Source: Malacoraja senta
Taxonomy: Eukaryota
Direction: 5' to 3'
Length of the DNA stretch: 64,000 bases
NCBI GenBank assembly: GCA_038087875.1
Contig: CM075996.1
Span: 9,240,001-9,304,000 of the forward strand
The position numbers and the translations under genes were made by a program. Shown piece by piece: positions 52,328 to 63,431 of this stretch; the stretch's first letter is position 1, and each line of letters begins with the position of its first letter. The notes beneath the pieces were generated by a model. The model saw only the letters and a program-made list of their open reading frames with translations. It had not been told where the DNA came from and searched no databases.

Positions 52328-54212
52328 TAGGAATGTTACAAAATTTTGAGATTTTAAAAATCAAGCCTATAATTTATCCCATCAGATAAAGCATAAAAAG
52401 AACTTTAATTTGATACCTAATTCACTTTCATATCTTCAGTATTAAAACAGTTATGGTCATTTTCATACTCGGAAATTAGCATCTTGTTCCCTATTGCTTT
52501 TCCATTGACTTAACACAAAAGCTGTGATCGAGGACAATCAAAAGCCCATAACTTTCTTAAAAATTAAGAGAACTGAATGAAATGTTCAGTTATTTTAGAT
52601 TAAAGCATTCTGAAACAAATATGAAACATCTTACTTGGATGACCTAAAATTAATGCATATAATTAGTTAGTTACCTAATTGTAGCTAATTACAAAATTGA
52701 CCGTTGTGATGGAAATAGTAATAAACACCCAGATTGTCTTGAAAATTCAAAAATGTGATTTTCCTAAGATCAGAACTTTCAGAACTTTAATATTTTTGTA
52801 TTATATGCTGTAAGTCTGTAACAGACAGGTAAAGAAATTACAATTTCTAGCAAAAGACCAAGTCTTTATGGAGAAGATCAGTTGCTAGCTGATACATTGG
52901 CATATCATAATCAGTAGCATCATCATACTCCTCAGATTGTAACCAATAAGCAACTCTACACCTTGTTTTTCCTCAACTTTTCAATTTTGGCATTGTAAAC
53001 TACAAGTTTTTGCTCTTCAAACTATGCATGGCTTTCTGCCCACTACTTTCCCATTAAGAATGTCCTGTAGATCATCATATTTGGAGTAGTCCAAATTCGG
53101 ATAATCTTTGCGAATGCTGTCTAAATCAGTCTCTTTTGCTGGGCATTTGGATTCACAATTTTGAATTTCTTCTTTGGAGACATCTGTTTAAAATGTAAAG
53201 AAGAAAAAAACACTAAACAGCATTAACAGAAACGTTATTATTTGCAGTTTTAGAAAAAAGGTAGAAAAGATAAAGTTAAACGCTAAAACAAACAGTAAAT
53301 ACCCAACAAAAAATTCATATTCATCAGTTTCATCAAATCAATTAAATTCATCTAAATTCAATGACTAGATCTAAACATCTATCCATTTCTTAAGAAAAGG
53401 CTAAAAAATTTAAATAGCCTAAGTATCCAAATAACAAATAACAAACTGATCCCATTCACACAAGAATTCATGATAACATGATAACATTCAATGTAACATG
53501 ATATTTAAATCTTACTTTGTCATGAATTTATATGCCAAATGGAAGGAATTTAATGTTTAATTCCCATAAATTAATCCAGAAACATCCACTCTCAAGATAA
53601 TCAAAATCATTATCTTTTGCACAATACATCTGACTAAAACTGTACTGTGGATATTTAGTATAAAATATTGATCATGGATAGACAATAACACAAAATATAG
53701 ATGATTTAGATGTTCTTATGACATTATTGTGCAAAAAAATAATGAATTTGATTATCTTGAGAGTGGATGTTTCTGGAATGTGATAGATTGGAATGTTGCC
53801 GTTGCCATAAATTTTAAGCCCAATTCAACATGGCCGATTCGTAAAATGCCTAAATAACATTTTTCGCATCATAAGATTAAAATGAAGCCACACCAAAAAG
53901 CAAGATAATATGTTAAATAAACGACATACCTTTTGTTTTGTCCTGATATTGCGATCCGTGATGTTAAAGGTGTTAGAAGTCGCGTTTAACTTCAATCCAG
54001 CGATACAATGGTCCAGCAATTTTTTTTTTTAACCCGGGAACAGAAGCTCAAACGATTTTTCTTCATCAGCAAGCAGCCCAAGAAAATCCCTCCGACAACC
54101 AATACAAACCTGCATTTTAATCCCGCCCCCCACCTCCAAAGCCTCCGGAATCGCACACACAGGCAGTGGCAGATCGGTAGCGCCGCTGATGGTAGGTTTT
54201 GTAACAACGCTA
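52328..54212. mobile_element. Unclassified TIR DNA transposon (non-autonomous) with a decayed spliced ORF
   Basis: Imperfect TIRs TAGGAATGTTACAAAA and TAGCGTTGTTACAAAA; TSD AATCATG at 52321-52327 and 54213-54219; interrupts a LINE 3' UTR. Confidence 0.75.
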
Positions 54213-54246
54213 AATCATGTATAGCCTTTCCGCTGAAGATAGAGAC

Positions 54247-54935
54247 AAGTCAAGTCAAGTTTATTCGTCACATACACATAGGAGATGTGCAGTGAAATGA
54301 AAAGTGGCAATGCTCGCGGACTTTGTGCAAAAAACAAACAAACAAACAAACAAACTACAAACAGAATGGAACAGAATCACATATTCTTTTACATATTACA
54401 TATTGTGGAAGGAAAAAGGAAAAAAAACAGCAATTTAAAAAAAACAGTAGAACGATACAGTGAAGTTAGTCCCTGGTGAGGTAGGAGTTTACAGTCCTAA
54501 TGGCCTCTGGGAAGAAACTCCTTCTCAACCTCTCCGTTCTCACAGCATGGCAACGGAGACGTTTGCCTGACCGTAGCAGCTGGAACAGTCCGTTGCAGGG
54601 GTGGAAGGGGTCTCCCATGATCTTATTGGCTCCGGAGTTGTACCTTCTGATGTATAGTTCCTGGAGAGGGGCGAGTGAAGTTCCCATAGTGCGTTCGGCC
54701 GAATGCACTACTCTCTGCAGAGCCTTCTTGTCCTGGGCAGAGCAGTTCCCAAACCAAATTGTGATATTTCCGGACAAGATGCTTTCCACAGCCGCTGAGT
54801 AGAAGCACTGGAGGATCCTCTGAGACACTCTGAATTTCCTCAATTGCCTGAGGTGGTAAAGGCGCTGTCTTGCCTTACTCACGAATGCTGCAGCGTGTGA
54901 TGTCCATGTCATATCCTCAGAGATGTGGACTCCCT
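54247..54935 (-). mobile_element. Rex1/Babar-like LINE 3' fragment
   Basis: ORF 54466..54912 (KARQRLYHLRQLRKF...SFFPEAIR); (CAAGT)n tail. Confidence 0.85.
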
Positions 54936-57046
54936 GGCAACAAAATGCTGGATTAACTCAGCGGGACAGGCAGCATCTCTGGAGAGAAGGACTGGGTAAT
55001 GTTTCGGGTCTTTCTTTAGACTGGGAGTCAGGGGACAGGGAAACTAGGGAGTCAGGGGAGAGGGAAACTAGAGATATGGAAGGTTAAGGTGTAAAAACAA
55101 CAGATCAAAGCAGACGATCAAGGAAATGTAGAATGGTTCATTGTTGGTTCATTGTAATCTTTCCGCAACAAAAGCTTTTCACTAGACCTCGGTACACGTG
55201 ACAATGAACTGAACTAAACCATCGTATTCACAAAGATGATCTTTTAAAAGGGATACCTTGGATTTTAAGTAAAGATTTTTCCCTCCTTTTCCCCTTTTCA
55301 TTTCAAAATGTGGACCAAAGCTCCTGTATTTCATGCATATACTTTGTAGTGTGTATTGCATGAAGTATTGACAGCAAACACCATGATGCGACTTTGCCCT
55401 GGGTCTCAAGAAGGGTCCAGACCCGAAATGGCACCTGTCCGTGTTCTCCAGATATGCCACCTGACACGCTGAGTTACTCCATCTTTTCGTGTCTTTATTT
55501 GGAATTGGAAAACCTATGCTATGAGGTTCAATGCTACATCAGGAAACGCTGGTAACCCCAGGGCTTAAATGTACAAAAATGCTTGTGATATTGATAATAA
55601 TCTTTCTGCCTCATTCCACTGAATCAAGTGGAAACTTTTTAAATCTGAAACACTCCAATATTGTCTATTGAAATAGAGATTTTTGTTGACTCTTAAAGAT
55701 ATTTCTCACCAGTGGTTTAGCTTGTGATGGTACACACTGGTACAGTGTACCAGCACCTTTAAAAAGTTAAACATCATTATTTCACTTTGTGTACCAGAAC
55801 CCTTTTGTGTACAAAAAAAGCACTGCTTCTTACCCAGCTGAAAGCACACTTGATTCCTATTACTTCCAGTATGTTTTGGAAACAAGTGTGACGTTAAATG
55901 AGGCTCCGTGACCTTGAGTGACTTCACTAACTGCATTGCAGCAAGATTCTACCGGCAGCCAGGCTTGTTCTAATTTATAACCCCATTCCAATCAGGAAAG
56001 TTGCTCCATGGATGCAAAGACCCATTGGGTGTCTGAGCATACATTTGATGCTTTGAAAAAGTGTTTTGACGGAAGTTGTTTTATCATAAATAATGTTGCG
56101 AAATTGAGTTCAGAAGATCTAGTAAAAACATTCAGTTTATGATCTTTATTCCATCCATCAAAAATATAGTCTACTTCACCTGTTTCGAACCTTGACTTGA
56201 ACATGGCTACTGCAACACTTTTCCAAGCTTTTGTCACCTTCAAGCATTGCTACTCCCCTACACTCCTGACTTACCTGTCATAGATACGGAGTCGTACAGC
56301 TGGAAATTTGTCCTTCAGCTCACTACACCCATACCTACTTATAACCAATCTATGTTATCAGATGTGCCCGCAGTACGTCCTTATCCTTTAGTCCTTTGCT
56401 TATTTATGTGCCTGTCTAAATACCTTAAGCAAAGTGAATGTATCCACCAGCTCCTTTGGCAGCGAGTTCCAGATATCAACCTTTTAAATCTGTCTTTAAA
56501 AAAAAATCAATTTAAAGTTCCTGCCTTTCATCTTCTGTCTATGGCCTCTTAATGTTTATAATCTACCATGGGGAAATGATTCTTACTATCTTTCTATGCA
56601 TCTTCTAATTTGATGTACTTCTGTTGGATCATCGCTCAGCCTCGTTCATTCGAGTGAAAACAAACACAGACTATCCAGTCTCTGTATTATGGACTTGGGT
56701 TTTGTACTATTATTGGTTGGTTACTTGGTAAAACTTATTATTAGTTTATTGTATCATTGATCATTGGATATTTATTATGTGTGTTATTGCGTTAATGGGC
56801 CTGTAAAGCCGCAGCAAGTAAGTATTTCATTGTTCCATCGTTGGTACATATGACAATTACACACACTTGACTTGCACTCTCTCCAGCACTGCCACAGCTT
56901 TCCTATAATGTGGTGACCAGTATTGCATATAGTACTCAAATGCAGTCTAACCAGCGTTTTGTAAAGTTATGTCTTCCATCATCCAGAAATTTCACCTCAT
57001 CTAAAGCTTTGTCCATATTGCTACCCATGCTAAGATCTATTCACCT

Positions 57047-60000
57047 ATTTTACTTCGTAGTCACGTGAGTGACTACGTGAAGACCCCGCCAGCACGCATG
57101 CGCGACATAGCGTCTCACGCAGTGCAACAGCGACGGGCGGGGGAAGAGCTCTCCCCGCGGCAAGGTTTAAAATGGGACCTGCAGGTAAGTTAATCTTATT
57201 CTGAGGTCGTTTATTTCGAACTCTTGCTGTGTTCTGTATTTCAGCACACATGGACAAGGGAAGGAAAATAAAGAAAGTCGCGTCCCGTACGACCAGGAAG
57301 GTTCCGGCAGTGAGGGGCGACCGACGGCACCGGGACCGCATTCCCTGCAGTCCACAGTCACCGACTCTAACACTGCTCAGCCAAGTCCAACGCCGCAAGC
57401 AACTCAGCTCGAACCAACGCAGCGGGTTGGAGGCAAGGCGAAGCAGAAGTCGGTCCGGCCGATAGACTCGGACGAGTCCGGTCAGGAGGACGCGCTGCCC
57501 GAGAGCAGCAAAAGTGGCCGTCTATCCGGCATGGAGCGGTTGATGGAGCAGATGCTCCAGCAAGACTTTCTCCGGGAGATTGAGCAAGCTCGCCATGGGA
57601 GTGCTCGCACACCCACAACAGCACCGTATTCGGCGCTGTCCATCGCATCTCCCTCGACCGAGGGGAGCGTTGGGGGCCAGGGCTGGGCTGGCCTGGAAGA
57701 GGGGTTCGTGGCTGAAGATACCAGTAGTGTGCTGGGGGTGCAGGACCAGGAAGAGCTGCTGGGAGTGGTCAACAAGTTTGGGGTACCACCGCAAGCGGGA
57801 CAACCATTACAGGCCAAACTGGCGGCCAGTATAGACTACCTGTCCTTCCACCCTCTGCAGGAACAGGTAGTCAATGAAACAATGGACAAATGTATACCTC
57901 CGGAGAACTGCATCTCGCTAAATGTACCCGCCGTCAACAACCAAATCTGGGGGTACATTGGACTGGGCATAAGGGCCCAGGAGGTGAAGCTTCAGAAAAT
58001 ATTAAAACTTCTGACTTCAGCCATAACGTCCTACGCTCGTTCCGTTGATGGGGTCGAAATGATGGATAACCAGCAGGACACACTGGCCCTACTGTGTAAT
58101 ACACAGTATGAAATAAACTGCCTGCGGAAGGACGCCATCAAACCTGCCCTCAACCCCAAATTCGCAGGGTTGTGCAAAACTGCAACTGCACAGCCACAGA
58201 TACTGCTGTTTGGAAAAGACTTGTCCAAGCAATTAAAAGAACTGGACGAAGAGTCTAAAGCCGTTGGGCTTATGAGGGCAGCTGCAGGAACGAGCAAAAC
58301 CACACACCCCAGGCAGCAGCACCCCTATGCATCCACCAACAGGCATCAACACCAGGGTGCTGGTGAAAGCATGAGGGCCGCACATCAACCACGAAGGTCT
58401 TTTTTAGGCCAAGGCCCAGAGCGGCCCTCATGGAAGATGCGCCAACCCCACACTCCGGCGCCTCGACCAGTGAAGAAACAGAGGCCGAAGAAATGAATAT
58501 ACCACCGGTAACCATGGAGGTAGGTGGGTCTGGTTCCTTCCAGAACATAAAAGGTGTAGGTCCTGTACTAACAGGGGGAAGGTTACACTTGTTTTGGGAA
58601 GCATGGAGGACTATTACATTTGACAAATATATACTACAAAGTATTCAGGGATACAAAATTGATTTCATCCAAAAAAGTATGCCACCAATTCAACATGTAC
58701 CTGACAGGGAGTTTGTACTCTCACAAGGGGGAAAATTCAAAGGACATGCAGAACTGGTGAGGTTACATGCTAAAGGAGTTATAGAGAGAACGGAGCATGA
58801 CTCTCTGGAGTTTGTATCGAACATATTTACAAAAACTAAGAAAGATGGTGGATGGCGCATCATCATTGACTTAACTAGACTGAATACTTTTGTTAAGTAT
58901 ATACATTTCAAAATGGAAACATTTGTTACTGCCAAACAATTAGTTTCCGAAGGATACTTCATGGCATGCATCGATTTAAAAGATGCATACTATTCAGTAC
59001 CCATTCATAAGGATCATCGTAGATACCTAAAATTTAACTGGATGGGGCAACTATGGCAGTATAAAGCGTTGCCTAATGGGTTAACATCAGCCCGAAGACT
59101 ATTTACCAAGATATTGAAACCAGCCTTGGCAATACTAAGGAAACAAAAACATATTGTTATGGCATAGCTTGATGATATTTTGATTGTGGGGAAAACCCTG
59201 GAATTAGCTAAATCAGCGGTTTTAGCTTACAAACATCTGTTTGAAACACTGGGGTTTATCATACACCCAGATAAATCTAAGTTGACACCATCCACAACTA
59301 TGGACTATCTGGGATTCACAATTAACTCTGTCCACATGTCTGTAACATTGCCAAAGGACAAAGCAGCAGATTTGGTGGAAGCCTGCAACAAATTGATTGT
59401 TACTAATCAACCATCTATTCGACAGGTGGAAAAAGTGATTGGGAAACTAATAGCAGCATTTCCAGCTACTCAGTTTGGACCTTTGCATTACCAAAATTTA
59501 CAAAGGACAAAGGTGCAAGCGCTAAAACAACATAAAGATCATTTTGATTGACCTATGCAATTACCAGCCAAAGCAATTTCGGAGTTACAATGTTGGAGAG
59601 AAAACATTTGGCATAGTTCCAGCCCCATCGTTATCAGTAACCCATCATTCACATTACAAACGGATGCCAGTGCTCAGGGCTGGGAAGCAACTAACACTAT
59701 ATCTAGTACTGGCGGTAGATGGAACATACAAGAATCATCACTACTACAGACACTGGGTATAAATTACTTAGAAATGTTGGGTGCGTTTTATGGGCTAAAA
59801 GCTTACTGTTCAGCTATGCACCATTTGCATGTCCGCCTACAAATTGACAATACCACAGTATGGTGGCTTATATTAATCATATGGGTGGAATAAAATCGAT
59901 ATTGTGCTGATATCGATATCAGCACAATCTGGCAATGGTGTGTCGACAGACATATTTGGCTATCAGCAACTTACCTACCAGGTAAGCTCAATACAGTGGC

Positions 60001-61913
60001 AGACACCAGGTCACGAAAATTTAATGACAACACCGAATGGATGTTGAACCACAAAGTATTTGCTGATATTACAATGCGGTATGGTACACCTGATATCGAT
60101 CTCTTTGCATCCAGACTGAATCACCAGTTACCAACATATGTCGCTTGGGAACGAGACCCTGAGGCAGCAGCGATGGACGCGTTTTCGCTGAATTGGGGAA
60201 AATTGTTTTTCTACGCCTTTCCCCCCTTCTGCCTCATCAGTCGGGTCCTACGCAAAATACAAATGGACTCAGCTTCAGGTATTTTGGTAGTACCCGATTG
60301 GCCTACACAGCCATGGTTCCCTGTTGTCCTCGTCATGGTCTCTGAACCACTCATGACCATTCCCAAAAGACCAGCTCTCTTGGTCCATCCTGTTACGGGC
60401 GAAAGTCATCCGTGCCATGACAGGATAAATCTGTTGGCTTGCAGAATTTAAAAAGACCTCTTTTGGATCTGGGATTATCAGACAGGACCATGAACATGAT
60501 CACGGCGGCCTACCGAGAATCGACTAAGAAGCAGTACCTCTCGAGCATTCGGAAGTGGGAAGCGTACTGCTCAAGGACTGGGGTAGCATACAAATCAGCT
60601 ACAATTACCAATGTCCTGGAGTTCCTATCCAGCCTTCACTTTGATGAAGGACTGAGTTACAGCACAATTAACAGTGCTAGGAGTGCTCTGTCAGCATATT
60701 TATGGCAGGCACCGGGACAGCAGTCCATGGGATCCCACCCTCTGCCAAACTAATGAGGCGTATCTACAACACCAATCCCCCCAGACCAAGGTACACCCAG
60801 ATCTAGGACGTCAGTGTTGTACTGACATTGCTAAGGGGTTGGTTACCAGCAATGTCCCTGTCCCTGGAACAGCTCACACTAAAAACAGTAATGCTGATGG
60901 CTTTGGTCTCAGCTCAAAGGGTCCAGTCCCTATACAAATTAAGATTGGACAATATGTAAACATCAACTGACAAGATAACCTTCCGGATCTTGGAGTTGGT
61001 CAAACAATAGACCGGGAACTTCGGGACTGAGTTTGGAATTCCGGGCATACCCACCTGACCCCCGTTTGTGTGTCATGACACACCTACTGCTTTATCTTAG
61101 GACAACAAAAGCCTTAAGAGGAAGCTAAATGGCATTATGGGTTAGCTTCAAACAGCCTCATGGACGGGTGTGAGTACAGACCATCTCAAGATGGCTCAGA
61201 CAGGTTCTGGGGGCTGCTGAGGTGGGTACTGACATTTTAAAATCTCACTCCACCAGGGCAGCAGCAACATCGGCGGCAAGAAATATGGAGGTACCAATGG
61301 ACCATATCCTGGCTACAGCAGGATGGTCTACGGAAAAGACTTTCCAAATATTTTATAATAAGCCGATCGCCAAACTTGCAGTGTTTGCAGAAAGAATTTT
61401 AAGTTCTGCAATATAATGTAGCCCGAGGGAGCATTATTTTCTTTGTTTAATAAATAAATAAATCGTTATTGTTTTTAAAAATTGATTCATGTTTAATTAT
61501 GATAACATAATTCTTCCCTTGGATGACTTCGGCAGTGAGTGCGGCATGGATTTGTTCCACGGCATGAAATCACAGATCTTTAAAATCTTCACGTAGTCAC
61601 TCACGTGACTCCGAAGTAAAATAGTAAGATTAAACGAGAACTTACCAGTTTGAAGTTTGATCTTTAGTTTATGAGGAGTTACGTTGAGGGATTACGTGCC
61701 CTCCACGCCCACCCTCTTATAAAGGTCAACTGGTATCCTAGTTCTTCTTATCTTACTATGTTTATTTCATTACTATTACTGTGATTCCACACCGCTGCTT
61801 TGAAGAATGTCGCGCATGCGCGCTGGCGGGGTCTTCACGTAATCCCTCAACGTAACTCCTCATAAAATAAAGATCAAACTTCAAACTGGTAAGTTCTTGT
61901 TTAATCTTACTAT
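57047..61913 (+). mobile_element. DIRS1-like retrotransposon, copy C (full length, several stops and frameshifts)
   Basis: gag 57250-58496, RT from 58430 (IDLKDAY, LPNGL), RNase H (QTDAS), MT 59996..60451, YR 60439-61416; ITRs; ICR 61587-61698 complementary to both termini. Confidence 0.95.
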
Positions 61914-63198
61914 CACCCTTCTGCTTTCTAACTTGGCTTCCTATTCTGCTGTTCTCATCTAAGTGTTCAGATTTCTCCATTGACTTGGGCTTCTCTATCT
62001 CTTGATGGGCAATTCTACAACCATCTATCTTCCTAGTGCATCCTACTTGCTTCACTTCACCTTTGCCCATTATGCCTTAAATCATATCAACAAAAATGTC
62101 TGAATTTGTCTGAAGACTCTTCATCTTATTCTCCTCCAATCTTTTTAGTTTGGCTGTTGGTAATCTCTGTGAATAACTCCTATCTTGGCTTAGATAATTT
62201 ATCCTATGTTCTTGTAATGTGCCTGCGAAGATTCTACTATGTTAGAGAGAAAATATTAAATTATACTGAATTCCAATCTGTAATTTATTAGAATTCTTAA
62301 AACAAATTCTACATTCCCGACTAAAATAATTTCCTTTACAATGACTAAATATTCCATGCCACACGTGTACACTTTTCTTTTAAAAGAAGTACTTCCTATT
62401 TCTCTCCTCATTTATTTTGTAACTGTTTTAAATTTATAGCCCTTTTGATGCTGTCTCTATTGAGAGAAAGTAGCTGATGATAGTGAACCTCTGGAAGACT
62501 GGAATGTGGTTAGCGTTGTACCGTTATTTAAGAAGAGCTTAAATCCTCTCACACTCTGCCAAGTCCCTGAAATTTCTCAAAAAATATGAGTTTGATTGAG
62601 ACACGAGAACTGCAGATGCTGAAATCTTGCATAGAACACAAGCGCTAGAGTAACTCAGTGGGTCAGGCAGCATCACTAGGTGACATAGATAGGCGAAGTT
62701 TTAGATCTGAAGAAGGATCCCGACCTAAAACGTTGCCTATATGTGTCCTTCAGAGTTGATGCCTGATCCGTAGATTTACTCCAGCACTTTGTTTTCTGCG
62801 TAAACCTAGTTTGACGTTGCTTAGAGACATGTCATGGTCACCTGATGCACCTGTGGATTACCTAATGGATTCTGGTGCATGTTTTGCTGGTCGAGTGGGA
62901 AAGGTTTGTAGTGTGGCAATGGGATGGTGTGGCAATGGGATTGTCCGCCACCTTGTTGACTGTCATGAACACATAAGCCTGAAACACATCCTGCCACCTT
63001 TAAGAAGAGCACTGAATAATATGTCAGTTAGAAAGAAAACGTGTTGTCCGTTCAATGTGAAGACAAACTGATGAAGTTTCAGGTTGTTACAAGAGAAGTT
63101 TTGAGTATTAGTTGGGACAGATTTCTCTTTCTAGAAACCGAGTTTTCCCACAATTGGCAGTATTGAACAAGGCTGCTTTATTCATCCTTTGCCTTCAG

Positions 63199-63259
63199 AA
63201 TACAACGTGGCCATATTTGTTTCCAACCAGATGACTGCAGATCCAGGAGCAACCATGAG
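63199..63259 (+). CDS. DMC1: DMC1 coding exon (exon 12 equivalent): (E)YNVAIFVSNQMTADPGATM
   Basis: ttcag| and |gtaagc, 61 bp, phase 1/2; remaining exons expected downstream of the window. Confidence 0.96.
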
Positions 63260-63431
63260 GTAAGCATGTGGTTCATCTTCAATCAGATTATATATCATCA
63301 TTAGGTGGAATAGAATAATATCTTTACATTTTATGCTGAATAAAGAAGTATGAGTTATGATTTCATTATATTAACTTTAAATGAGACTATGCTGGTTTCA
63401 CAAGGACACTTTCACTTTGGACATACTTGTT

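Noticed and set aside
59996..60451. Dam-like adenine methyltransferase and phage-integrase-like ORFs suggesting prophage or bacterial contamination
   Set aside because: Both are standard domains of DIRS1-like retrotransposons and lie within ITR/ICR-bounded elements.
2626..63259. Alternative call as RAD51
   Set aside because: Peptides such as [35 protein letters not shown] and NQMTADPGA are DMC1-specific.
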